DNA from: Candidatus Nealsonbacteria bacterium
Lineage (GTDB): Bacteria; Patescibacteriota; Minisyncoccia; Minisyncoccales; JANBVM01
Length of the DNA stretch: 64,000 nt
Direction of reading: 5' to 3'
Assembly: GCA_047456295.1 (NCBI GenBank)
Contig: CP179887.1
Span: 623,159 to 687,158 of the forward strand
In this document: piece after piece, positions 36,512-44,650 of the stretch
Layout: each line of letters begins with the position of its first letter
How positions within the stretch are numbered: the stretch's first letter is position 1
The notes under the pieces: model-generated
Told to the model about the DNA's origin: nothing
What the model saw: the letters and a program-made list of their open reading frames with translations, nothing else
Databases searched by the model: none
Translations under genes and position numbers: made by a program

Positions 36512-37810
36512 ATGACCAGAAATAAAAAAATTGCAATTACAGGAGGGATAATTTTGATGATAGGGATTCCTATTGGAGTATACCAATGTTTATTTTCAGC
36601 CCCGCAAAAAGGATTAGAAATAGAAAGAATCGTTATTAATCTCGACACAACCGAAGAAGAACTTATACCCAAACTAAAAGAACAGGGTTACATAAGAAGC
36701 GAGTGGGCATTCAAATTCGTGTTAAAAACAAAAGGATGGGAGGGGAAAATAAAACCAGGGAGTTATAAGATTTCAAAGAATATGAATGCTTGGATATTGG
36801 CAGATGGCTTGGTTAGATTCCCACACCAAAGATGGGTGGTAATACCCGAAGGACTTAGAAAAGAAGAAATAGCTGAGATAGCGAAAAAGGAACTTGGCTG
36901 GTCAGAAAAAACAAAAGAAGAATTCCTCGCTAATGCTAAAGAAGGATATTTATTTCCAGATACTTACCTGATTCAAGTAGCTAATTTTGAGGATACAGGC
37001 AAGCAAGCAGCTAAAAGAATGGAAGATAAGTTCAATGAAAAATGTCAGGAAATCTTTAAAGAATTTGAAGAGAATAACATCCGCAACGATACCGCAATAA
37101 TTCTTTCTTCTATCATTCAGAGAGAAGCAGCCAACGAAGAAGAGATGCCATTGATAGCGGGAATCATTTGGAACAGATTGCTTAAACCGATGCCGTTAGA
37201 AATTGATGCAACCATCCAATACGTTGTCGGAGAACAAGGCAGGTGGTGGAGACCAGTAACGCCAGAAGAATACAAAATAGAATCACCATATAATACTTAC
37301 CTGCACGAAGGTAAACCGCCAGCCCCAATCTGCAATCCGGGATTAGCAGCAATTGAAGCGGTAGTCCACGATCAACCCAGTGATTACTTCTACTACTTAC
37401 ACGATGAAAATAGACAGATTTACTGTGCTGAAACTTATAGGGAGCACTTAGAAAATATTGATAAATACTTAATTTTGCCAAAAGTCAGAGGGGTGGTTAC
37501 AGAATTTATGGAGGCTCGAATTCAAAGAAAGCAACCTTTAGCTGAAAATTTTCTTACTAACAATTCTAAAACACAATATTCTCAGCCAGAATTAACATTA
37601 ATTGGGACTTCTAATCCCCATTTCGCAAGTTACGAGGTTTTAGAAACAAAGAAATTAAATTCTACCAAATTTCAATTTAAGGTGAGAATTTACGAAGAAT
37701 ATACTGGTGAAGGAATAATTGGTTATTTTGAGGAAACTTTGACAGTGATTAAAAAGAATAACGAATATTTAGTAAATTCAGTAGAACGAGGCGAATATAT
37801 AAATCTTTAA
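36512..37810 (+). CDS. mltG: MltG/YceG endolytic murein transglycosylase fused to a C-terminal ~110-aa domain shared with 51408..52310
   Basis: IPEGLRKEEIAE, EGYLFPDTY, ILSSIIQREA, IAGIIWNRL, YNTYLHEGKPPAPICNPG are the YceG blocks. The C-terminal FMEARIQRKQ...KFQFKVRIYEEYTGEGIIGYFEETLTVIK...VERGEYINL aligns with aa ~130-235 of 51408..52310. Confidence 0.85.
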   Translation: MTRNKKIAITGGIILMIGIPIGVYQCLFSAPQKGLEIERIVINLDTTEEELIPKLKEQGYIRSEWAFKFVLKTKGWEGKIKPGSYKISKNMNAWILADGLVRFPHQRWVVIPEGLRKEEIAEIAKKELGWSEKTKEEFLANAKEGYLFPDTYLIQVANFEDTGKQAAKRMEDKFNEKCQEIFKEFEENNIRNDTAIILSSIIQREAANEEEMPLIAGIIWNRLLKPMPLEIDATIQYVVGEQGRWWRPVTPEEYKIESPYNTYLHEGKPPAPICNPGLAAIEAVVHDQPSDYFYYLHDENRQIYCAETYREHLENIDKYLILPKVRGVVTEFMEARIQRKQPLAENFLTNNSKTQYSQPELTLIGTSNPHFASYEVLETKKLNSTKFQFKVRIYEEYTGEGIIGYFEETLTVIKKNNEYLVNSVERGEYINL

Positions 37811-37821
37811 TTATCCAGAAC

Positions 37822-37849
37822 GCAACCTTTTGGGATTTTCTCCGTTATA
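37822..37849 (+). promoter_or_regulatory. ECF-type promoter candidate upstream of the ECF sigma gene
   Basis: GCAACC-N15-CGTTATA. Same boxes and spacing recur at 38795-38822. Confidence 0.6.
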
Positions 37850-37885
37850 CTAAAATAGAGGTAGAAAATTCTTTTTGTTTTGGAT

Positions 37886-38437
37886 ATGAACTTAAAAGAA
37901 GAGAAAGAATTAGTTAAAAGGGCTAAAAAGAATCTAGAGGTTTTTGGTGAACTTTATGACCAGTATTATTCACAAATTTTTGGCTATGTCCTAAAAAGAA
38001 CAGCTGATTTAGAAATCTCTCAAGATATAACTTCTGAAACATTTTTTAAAGCCTTAAAGAATCTTTGGCAATTTAGATGGAAAAATATTTCTATATCTAG
38101 CTGGTTTTATCGAATTGCTAATAATGAAATAGCTAATTATTTTAGAAAGAACAAATATAAACCAGTTTCTTTGGAAAAAATTCCAGAACCACTTGCGGTT
38201 TCAAATCCTTTTGCTGAAATTATTGAAGCCGAGCAGGAACTAAAAAAACATCAAGATTTTTTAATTCTTCAAGAAAAAATCTCCAAACTTCCCATTAAAT
38301 ACCAAGAAGTAATCATTTTGAGATTTTTTGAAAAAAAGAAAATTGAAGAAGTTGCTGAAATTTTAGGAAAAAAAGAGGGAACAGTAAAATCTTTATTATC
38401 AAGAGGCTTAGAAAAATTAAGAAATTTGGTAGAATGA
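37886..38437 (+). CDS. ECF-type sigma-70 family factor
   Basis: Region 2 (YSQIFGYVLKRTADLEISQDITSETFFKAL) and region 4 HTH (IEEVAEILGKKEGTVKSLLSRGLEKLR). The track starts at TTG 37880, and ATG 37886 is equally possible. Confidence 0.85.
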   Translation: MNLKEEKELVKRAKKNLEVFGELYDQYYSQIFGYVLKRTADLEISQDITSETFFKALKNLWQFRWKNISISSWFYRIANNEIANYFRKNKYKPVSLEKIPEPLAVSNPFAEIIEAEQELKKHQDFLILQEKISKLPIKYQEVIILRFFEKKKIEEVAEILGKKEGTVKSLLSRGLEKLRNLVE

Positions 38438-38441
38438 AGTT

Positions 38442-38792
38442 ATGACAAGAACAAAATTGCTTTATTTGGGAATAGGAATACTAATCTTTTTGTTGGTTTT
38501 AATTTTTACTACCAATTTGAAGTATTCTCTTTGTTCTGACCACTATACGGTTTACTGCTGGCAGGAATCGAAAACTGAACAGCCGAATCCAATTATCATT
38601 ATCAAAGAGCATATTCCTTGTGCTAATAACAGAGATTGCTTTGTTGCTTTGAAATTGGAGAGTTTTTGTAGCCCAGGTCATGCCAACCTATTGAAATGTG
38701 ATTGTGCAAGATATTATTGCGGAGATGACGGATATTGCAAAGGATGCGTTTGCCCCTTGTACTCTCCAGCTTATTGGCTGTTAGTTGATTAA
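38442..38792 (+). CDS. membrane-anchored Cys-rich protein co-transcribed with the ECF sigma factor
   Basis: 116 aa. N-terminal TM LLYLGIGILIFLLVLIF. External part has 10 Cys. 4 nt after the sigma stop. No cytoplasmic anti-sigma domain visible. Confidence 0.5.
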   Translation: MTRTKLLYLGIGILIFLLVLIFTTNLKYSLCSDHYTVYCWQESKTEQPNPIIIIKEHIPCANNRDCFVALKLESFCSPGHANLLKCDCARYYCGDDGYCKGCVCPLYSPAYWLLVD

Positions 38793-38794
38793 AT

Positions 38795-38822
38795 GCAACC
38801 TTTTTCGACCAAAGGCGTTATA
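38795..38822 (+). promoter_or_regulatory. second ECF-type promoter candidate
   Basis: GCAACC-N15-CGTTATA. Overlaps a nested hairpin (CCTTTTTCGACC 38799-38810 / GGTCGAAAAAGG 38853-38864; inner GAGCATC/GATGCTC). Confidence 0.6.
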
Positions 38823-38891
38823 TTTACAGAGCATCAAACGATGCTCGCAAAGGTCGAAAAAGGTAATATAACTATCTAAATATCTAGGGTT

Positions 38892-40133
38892 ATGAAAAAA
38901 GAAGATTTAATTAAAAAATTAGAAAATATAGAAAGTCCAAGCATTGAAATTCAAAGCCACAAGCAAAGGCTTAAATTGGCTTTGCTTAACTCTGGATATT
39001 TTAAAGAGAAAACTATTATGTTTTGGACAAAAAGATTAGTTCCTGCTGGCGTTGTCCTGGCTTTAACTTTAATTGTAGGCTTTACAGTAGTCCAGCCAAA
39101 ACTACAGATAGCCAGAGCTATGGAAATCGCCAGGAATGACCCTCAGATTAAAGAATTAATAGAGGAATACGGAGTAGAGATTAAAGAGGTAAAGCTACAG
39201 GACGGCAAAGCTTTTGTTCTGCTTACTCTTCCAGGTGAGAATTTACCTCCTGAACTGGAAGAAAGAATCCTCGGCACTGAGGAAGAAGCCGCTACTAAGG
39301 GTGGAATGCGCGGGCTCGGCCAGTTTTACATTTCTTACCGAGATCCTGCAACAGGCGAGATAATACAATCTTCGGGCTCGGTTGCTGAAATAAACCTTAA
39401 GACAAAGAAAGTAGAAAAGATTGAATTGATTGAAAGACTACATATTGATATTACTCCCTTAACCGAGGAAGAAAAAGCTAGAGCAATTGAAATTGCCAAA
39501 ACCGAACCAAAGATTCAGGAAATGATTCCTGATTTAGAAGAGAGAGAAGTAATTGTAAAACCAATGCTTCCTCTCAAACTCCGCTTAGACGAAGATCCTG
39601 ATAATGGAATGGAAATTACTTCTGTTGACCCAAATGAGCAAAAAAGAGCTAATGTAATTTTCAAGTCCGATGAATATCAGGATACAATCACGGTTAATCT
39701 GACCACAGGCAAAGTGGAAGGAGCAGCGTCATTTTCTACTGGAAGTAAAATTGAAAAGCCCGAATTTGAGTATCCCTATCCCATTAAGCCCAAGTTTTAT
39801 CTTGAGCCGAACAGAGTTAAAATCCTGTCCGATGAAGGACAGGTAAAAGTCTATGAAGGTTTTACTAAACCAGCTGATCAAAAAGAGATATTTGCGGCAA
39901 TGCTAAAGGAAATTGGCGAGAAAGATGAGAGAATTAAAGATTTGCTGAAAGATGATGATTATGAGATTCTGGAGATTATCGGGTCGAAACCGATTATTAC
40001 CAAAACCGAAACAATGACAGAAATAAGAGTAGAAACAGTTACTGTAGTTTTAGAAAAAGAAAGCACAGGAGAGAATTACTGGATTACCATAGATTTGGCA
40101 AACAACATCGTAAAATCAATAGAAAAAGAGTAA
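38892..40133 (+). CDS. single-pass membrane protein with short cytoplasmic N-terminus, possible anti-sigma/sensor partner
   Basis: 413 aa. ~45 cytoplasmic residues, TM LVPAGVVLALTLIVGFTVV, large acidic external domain. Preceded by the ECF-type promoter. Confidence 0.4.
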   Translation: MKKEDLIKKLENIESPSIEIQSHKQRLKLALLNSGYFKEKTIMFWTKRLVPAGVVLALTLIVGFTVVQPKLQIARAMEIARNDPQIKELIEEYGVEIKEVKLQDGKAFVLLTLPGENLPPELEERILGTEEEAATKGGMRGLGQFYISYRDPATGEIIQSSGSVAEINLKTKKVEKIELIERLHIDITPLTEEEKARAIEIAKTEPKIQEMIPDLEEREVIVKPMLPLKLRLDEDPDNGMEITSVDPNEQKRANVIFKSDEYQDTITVNLTTGKVEGAASFSTGSKIEKPEFEYPYPIKPKFYLEPNRVKILSDEGQVKVYEGFTKPADQKEIFAAMLKEIGEKDERIKDLLKDDDYEILEIIGSKPIITKTETMTEIRVETVTVVLEKESTGENYWITIDLANNIVKSIEKE

Positions 40134-40281
40134 GCAGGGAATAATTTCTTAGTTGTAAGCCAAATTTCAAAACCGCTCCAATTAAATTTGGGCGGTTTTA
40201 TCCTTACCCAAAATGTCAGGTGATAGTTAATAATTCTTTCATTTGTTGGAGTGTGCCTTCCAGATAGCCAAATACTTTTTT

Positions 40282-40318
40282 CCAATCTAAGGTTCTAAAA
40301 TCGTCCGATAGACCGAGC
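40282..40318 (+). repeat. junction core motif type 2
   Basis: CCAATCTAAGGTTCTAAAATCGTCCGATAGACCGAGC. Confidence 0.8.
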
Positions 40319-40350
40319 AGACTTGTGCTCGGTTCGAGGGACCGAGACAC
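40319..40350 (+). repeat. module B: T-arm-like hairpin
   Basis: AGACTTGTGCTCGGTTCGAGGGACCGAGACAC. Confidence 0.75.
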
Positions 40351-40373
40351 CTTCGGTTCGAATCATAGCCCCA
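40351..40373 (+). repeat. tRNA 3'-end-like fragment
   Basis: CTTCGGTTCGAATCATAGCCCCA (T-loop GGTTCGAATC plus acceptor-like tail). No 5' half present. Confidence 0.6.
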
Positions 40374-40384
40374 CAAATGTCAAG

Positions 40385-40413
40385 ATCAAGCTTGAATGAG
40401 CTTGATTTTTTTT
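40385..40413 (+). terminator. hairpin + T-run
   Basis: ATCAAGCT-tgaatg-AGCTTGAT followed by T7. Confidence 0.7.
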
Positions 40414-40496
40414 GTAGTATTTTCTAATATCTACTTATAGTTAAAGAGGATGGTTCTTTAACAAAATAAAAATAAGAAGGAAGTGAAAAATAGAAA

Positions 40497-41474
40497 ATGT
40501 CTGAATTTAAGGAAATAAAAATTTCTGATTTAGATCCAGAAGAATTTATAAAAGAAAAAATAGAAGAAATATCAAAAATAGTTGGAAAGAATGTAAAAGC
40601 AATTACAGCTTTATCTGGTGGAGTTGACTCTTCAGTCACAACAATGCTGGGTTATAAAGCATTAAGCGATAGGCTTAAAGTATATTTTATAGATAATGGC
40701 TTAATGAGAGAAAATGAACCCGAGCAGGTTGCGTCAATCTTTAAAAAATTAGGCGTTACCGTGGAAGTGATAGATGCTAAAAAGGAATTCTTTACTGCGC
40801 TGAAAGGGATTAGTGATCCAGAACAAAAAAGAGAAGCAATTACTCAAGCTTTCTATGGAAATGTTTTTCGAAAAGTCATAGAAAGTAGCGGAGCGAGATA
40901 TTTATTGCAGGGAACTATTCTTACCGACATCGAGGAAACAGTAGCTGGCATTAAACGACAGCATAATGTATTTGAGCAGATAGGGATTGATCCTGAAAAA
41001 GCTTTTGGATATAGAATAATTGAACCACTAATAGAAATCCGTAAGGATAGTGTAAGAAAAGTGGCAAAAGCCTTAGGTTTACCTGAGGATATATATAATA
41101 GAATGCCATTTCCAGGACCAGCACTTGCTGCAAGAGTAATAGGTGAAGTTACTTTTGAAAAAATAGAAATCGTTAGGAAGGCAACAACTATTCTTGAAGG
41201 AGAATTAAAATTAGAAAACACAGGCGCTTTTCAATATATGGCGATCCTCCACGAAGATAAAGTAACAGGAATGCGAAACGGTAAAAGAGATTTCGGTTAT
41301 CAGATTGAATTGAGATGTTGGGATAGCATTGATGCAAGAGTAGCAACGCCGACAGAATTATCGTGGGATATATTGAAAAGGTTATCCAAAAGAATAGCAA
41401 CTGAAGTTTCGGGTGTTGTCAGTGTAACATATAATATAACAACAAAACCACCTTCAACCATGGAAGCTATATAA
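40497..41474 (+). CDS. guaA: GMP synthase ATP-pyrophosphatase subunit (GuaA subunit B type), no glutaminase partner adjacent
   Basis: PP-loop ALSGGVDSSV. LQGTILTDIEET. EPLIEIRKDSVRKVAKALGLPEDIYNRMPFPGPALAARVIGEVT. C-terminal dimerisation end NITTKPPSTMEAI. Confidence 0.85.
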   Translation: MSEFKEIKISDLDPEEFIKEKIEEISKIVGKNVKAITALSGGVDSSVTTMLGYKALSDRLKVYFIDNGLMRENEPEQVASIFKKLGVTVEVIDAKKEFFTALKGISDPEQKREAITQAFYGNVFRKVIESSGARYLLQGTILTDIEETVAGIKRQHNVFEQIGIDPEKAFGYRIIEPLIEIRKDSVRKVAKALGLPEDIYNRMPFPGPALAARVIGEVTFEKIEIVRKATTILEGELKLENTGAFQYMAILHEDKVTGMRNGKRDFGYQIELRCWDSIDARVATPTELSWDILKRLSKRIATEVSGVVSVTYNITTKPPSTMEAI

Positions 41475-41535
41475 ATTTCTTATTAACAATATAGTGGCAA
41501 TCTTTAGCCACTTCTTTTTTTATTAAACCATCATT

Positions 41536-41568
41536 AAACAGGTCCTAACATCGTCCAGCCCCTGGAGC
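41536..41568 (+). repeat. junction core motif type 1
   Basis: AAACAGGTCCTAACATCGTCCAGCCCCTGGAGC. Confidence 0.9.
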
Positions 41569-41576
41569 TCGTAAAG

Positions 41577-41606
41577 ATCGCCTTAGAAGCGGTTTCCTGA
41601 TAGAAT
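41577..41606 (+). promoter_or_regulatory. hairpin + -10 module, leaderless geometry
   Basis: ATCGCC-ttagaa-GCGGT, TTCC, TGATAGAAT. ATG at 41615 is 8 nt after TAGAAT. Confidence 0.6.
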
Positions 41607-41614
41607 GAAAAAAT

Positions 41615-42043
41615 ATGAATAGAAAACAAATCAAAATCTGTAGCGCCTGTTTATTAGGAATAAGGTGTAGGTATGATGGAAAAAGTAAACCGGATGATAA
41701 AATTATTGAACTACTTAAAAAGGAAACCTTGATTCCTGTTTGCCCAGAACAGTTAGGTGGTCTATCAACACCAAGAGAACCAGCAGAACAAAAAGGGAAT
41801 AAGGTTATTACTAAATCGGGGAAAGATGTTACCGAAAGTTTTAAGAAGGGAGCAGAACAGGTTTTGGAATTAGCGGAATTATTTGATATCAAAGAGGCAA
41901 TTTTGAAACAGAAGAGTCCATCCTGTGGATGCGGACAAATTTATGATGGGAGTTTTTCCAGCAGGATTATTAAAGGAGATGGAGTAACCACCTCTCTATT
42001 AAAAACCAACGGTATTAAAGTTATAACCGAGGAAGATTTATAA
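41615..42043 (+). CDS. DUF523 / TudS-like (2-thiouracil desulfurase family) protein
   Basis: CSACLLGIRCRYDG N-terminal motif and internal SPSCG, characteristic of DUF523. Confidence 0.75.
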   Translation: MNRKQIKICSACLLGIRCRYDGKSKPDDKIIELLKKETLIPVCPEQLGGLSTPREPAEQKGNKVITKSGKDVTESFKKGAEQVLELAELFDIKEAILKQKSPSCGCGQIYDGSFSSRIIKGDGVTTSLLKTNGIKVITEEDL

Positions 42044-42056
42044 ACATTCAGTTATT

Positions 42057-42089
42057 AAACAGGTTCTAACATCGTCCAGCCCCCGGAGC
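42057..42089 (+). repeat. junction core motif type 1 (consensus copy)
   Basis: AAACAGGTTCTAACATCGTCCAGCCCCCGGAGC. Confidence 0.92.
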
Positions 42090-42098
42090 TCGTAAAAA

Positions 42099-42128
42099 AT
42101 CGCCTTAGGGGCGGTTCTTTGGTAGGAT
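42099..42128 (+). promoter_or_regulatory. hairpin + TGGTAGGAT promoter module
   Basis: ATCGCC-ttagg-GGCGGT, TCTT, TGGTAGGAT (42123-42128). The GTG start at 42156 is 27 nt downstream. Confidence 0.55.
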
Positions 42129-42155
42129 GAAACTATATAAGATTAATTTTTATCT

Positions 42156-42710
42156 GTGCAACTCTATTTTGTTACATCTAGCGAAAACAAAGTTAAAGAA
42201 GCAGAGGGCATTCTGGGTTTTGAGGTTGATAAGATATCTTTAGATATCAACGAGATTCAGACCCTTGAGGTAGAAGAAGTAGTTGAAGATAAGGCCAAGA
42301 GGGCTTTTGAGCAAGTTAAAAAACCGGTGATGGTTGAAGATACAGGGTTCTACATTGAGGCCTGGCAAGGCTTCCCGGGAGCGTTGGTTAAATGGATTTT
42401 GAAAACTCTTGATAACGAGGGGTTATGTTTGGCTTTTCAAGAAAAGAACCGCACTGTCACCGCTAAAACCTCTATTTGTCTTTACAACGGCAAAGAGGCG
42501 AAGGTATTTACGGGCGAAATTAAAGGCCAGATACCAGAGAAACCAAGGGGTGAAGGTGGTTTCGGATGGGACCCAATTTTCCAACCAGAAGGCCATAACA
42601 AAACTTTTGCAGAAATGAGCCAGGAAGAAAAAGATTTTATGTCTATGAGAAAGATTGCCCTGAATAAAATGAAACAGTTTTTAAAGGTAGACCCTGAGTT
42701 TTTACAATGA
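42156..42710 (+). CDS. rdgB: non-canonical purine NTP pyrophosphatase (RdgB/HAM1/ITPase)
   Basis: GTG start. FVTSSENKVKEAEGILG, EDTGFYIEAWQGFPG, GFGWDPIFQPEGHNKTFAEMSQEEKDFMSMRKIAL. Confidence 0.88.
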   Translation: MQLYFVTSSENKVKEAEGILGFEVDKISLDINEIQTLEVEEVVEDKAKRAFEQVKKPVMVEDTGFYIEAWQGFPGALVKWILKTLDNEGLCLAFQEKNRTVTAKTSICLYNGKEAKVFTGEIKGQIPEKPRGEGGFGWDPIFQPEGHNKTFAEMSQEEKDFMSMRKIALNKMKQFLKVDPEFLQ

Positions 42711-42720
42711 ATTAAGTGTT

Positions 42721-42752
42721 AAACAGGCTCTAACCTCGTCCACCCCCGGAGC
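42721..42752 (+). repeat. junction core motif type 1
   Basis: AAACAGGCTCTAACCTCGTCCACCCCCGGAGC. Confidence 0.9.
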
Positions 42753-42761
42753 TCGCATTTC

Positions 42762-42818
42762 CCACCTTATCGGTTAGGTGGTTTTTTGGTTGACCAATTA
42801 TTTTTTAGATGTTAATAT
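42762..42818 (+). promoter_or_regulatory. hairpin + T-run + TTGACC/TAATAT promoter of the csp gene
   Basis: CCACCT-tatcggtt-AGGTGG, T6, GG, TTGACC (42790-42795), 17 nt, TAATAT (42813-42818). Gives a ~100-nt 5' UTR. Confidence 0.6.
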
Positions 42819-42921
42819 TATTTACATAAGATAGTTGCCTAATGAAAATTTAGTCGAGTTTATTCAGGGAACTAAACTTTAGGATAAAACCTTAAAATAT
42901 TAATTAATTTATATCACAATC

Positions 42922-43119
42922 ATGGAAGGAACAATTAAAAACCTTACAGATAAAGGATTTGGATTTATTAACGTTGATGGTGAAGAGAAAGATTTATTCT
43001 TTCACAGCAACGAACTTAAGGGTGTAACCTACGATGAGTTAAAAGTAGGTGATAGAGTGTCTTTCGAAAAAGCTGATTCTCCAAAGGGTCCTAACGCAAC
43101 AAACGTAACCCGCCTTTAA
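42922..43119 (+). CDS. cspA: cold-shock protein (CspA family)
   Basis: 65 aa, KGFGFI (RNP1) and LFFH (RNP2). Confidence 0.92.
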   Translation: MEGTIKNLTDKGFGFINVDGEEKDLFFHSNELKGVTYDELKVGDRVSFEKADSPKGPNATNVTRL

Positions 43120-43242
43120 GAATTAATTCGGTAAATCAAATCAATGAGATCAAGCCCATTCTTGGGCTTTTTTTCATAATCAGTTAGGTGGTTTTTGATA
43201 AAATATAGTAAGGGTTTTAATTAATAACTAAACAATTAGTTT

Positions 43243-43389
43243 ATGATGCGTAAAAGATGGGTATTTGGATTTCTGGGATTTTTTGGAATAAAAGGAATAA
43301 TAGGAATTATAAATAGAAATTATTTAGAAGCTCTTTGGATTCTTTGGCTGGTATGGTTTCTTTGTTTCATACCCAAGAGAAAGTTATAA
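43243..43389 (+). CDS. unlisted 48-aa hydrophobic peptide
   Basis: MMRKRWVFGFLGFFGIKGIIGIINRNYLEALWILWLVWFLCFIPKRKL. Below the 60-aa ORF cutoff. Its stop TAA (43387-43389) overlaps the start of the junction motif. Confidence 0.4.
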   Translation: MMRKRWVFGFLGFFGIKGIIGIINRNYLEALWILWLVWFLCFIPKRKL

Positions 43390-43421
43390 AACAGGTTCTA
43401 ACCTCGTCCAGCCCCCGGAGC
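43389..43421 (+). repeat. junction core motif type 1 (consensus copy)
   Basis: AAACAGGTTCTAACCTCGTCCAGCCCCCGGAGC. Confidence 0.92.
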
Positions 43422-43454
43422 AGGCTAGTGCTCGGTTCTGGACGACCGAGACGT
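43422..43454 (+). repeat. module B: T-arm-like hairpin
   Basis: AGGCTAGTGCTCGGTTCTGGACGACCGAGACGT. Confidence 0.75.
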
Positions 43455-43521
43455 ATAGCTCTTTGCTGAGCAATTTTTATTTCCTCAATTACTAAAACCT
43501 GCTATAATCAAAGTAGTTTTT

Positions 43522-43734
43522 ATGATTGATATTAATTATCTCGGACCACTTTTATCAGAAAATCAATGGATTTTTTGGTTGATTATTCTTTGGACTTTAC
43601 CCTGGAAAGGAATAGCCCTTTGGAAATCTGCTCGCCTAAATGATAAATGGTGGTTTATCGCGCTTTTGATGATTAATACCCTTGCTGTATTGGAAATTCT
43701 ATATATTTTTATTATTAGTAAGAGAAAAAAATAA
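43522..43734 (+). CDS. DUF5652-like small membrane protein
   Basis: 70 aa. WKGIALWKSARLNDKWWFIALLMINTLAVLEILYIF pattern typical of this CPR-enriched family. Confidence 0.6.
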   Translation: MIDINYLGPLLSENQWIFWLIILWTLPWKGIALWKSARLNDKWWFIALLMINTLAVLEILYIFIISKRKK

Positions 43735-44609
43735 TGAAAGAATCTTTTTGGAAAAAAATAATAAAGAGTTTTAATCCTAAATTTTTTAAAGAAGTAGCCC
43801 CCCAATCATTGGTGCAAGGTTTTAAATATTTATTATTCTTATTTCTTCTTTTAACTTTATTTTTATCTTTGAAATATACGATCGGTTTTAACGGGACAGT
43901 AAAAGAATTTGCTAAAAACTTACCTATTTTCTGGGAAGAATTAAGAGATATTCCTGAAATCACTATAGAAAAAGGAAAAGTTACATTACCTAAACAATTA
44001 TTCATTCGAGAATGGGAAAAATTTGTTTTTGTGATTAATCCTCAGGGAGGAGTCGATTATTATTTAGCTTTAGTTGAGGATTATGAGGTAGGGGGATTGG
44101 TTATTCTTGAAGACAAGATAATTTTTAGGTCACAGAAGGGAAAAACTGAAATTTATAGTCTTCCAGAAGAAGCATCTTACTTGAATCTGAAGTTTGACGA
44201 AGGAGAAAAGGAGAAGTTGTTTAGTTTAACCCTGGATGAGAAGGTTTTTCAGCCGACTTTTAAAGAAATAAATCATTGGTTAAATATTGCTTCTTTCATA
44301 TTCTTTCCATTATGTTTTATTTTTATTTTCTTTGGTTTTTGGATTGGAAAATTAATTCAGATATTTGGTTTTAGCCTTCTTTCTTTAGTAGTTAATAAAG
44401 TAAAAAAAGTTGGTCTAAATTATCAAAATCTTTTGAATATAGGAATTTTTGCAATAACCCTACCCTTGATCTTGGAAACTTTGATGAAATTAAGCGGAGT
44501 TTCTGTTCCTTATTTTAATTCCATTTATTTTGTCCTTTACGCAGTTTTTCTAATAATTGGCATTTTGAAATGTAAAGTGGCAGCACCTCTTTCTGAAGAA
44601 TCTTTTTAG
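43734..44609 (+). CDS. polytopic membrane protein (DUF1189-like)
   Basis: 291 aa. One N-terminal TM, a ~130-aa loop, then 4 C-terminal TMs. The start overlaps the previous stop (ATAATG). Confidence 0.45.
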   Translation: MKESFWKKIIKSFNPKFFKEVAPQSLVQGFKYLLFLFLLLTLFLSLKYTIGFNGTVKEFAKNLPIFWEELRDIPEITIEKGKVTLPKQLFIREWEKFVFVINPQGGVDYYLALVEDYEVGGLVILEDKIIFRSQKGKTEIYSLPEEASYLNLKFDEGEKEKLFSLTLDEKVFQPTFKEINHWLNIASFIFFPLCFIFIFFGFWIGKLIQIFGFSLLSLVVNKVKKVGLNYQNLLNIGIFAITLPLILETLMKLSGVSVPYFNSIYFVLYAVFLIIGILKCKVAAPLSEESF

Positions 44610-44650
44610 TAAAAAATGAAAGGTCGAATATAATTTAACAATAAAATAAT

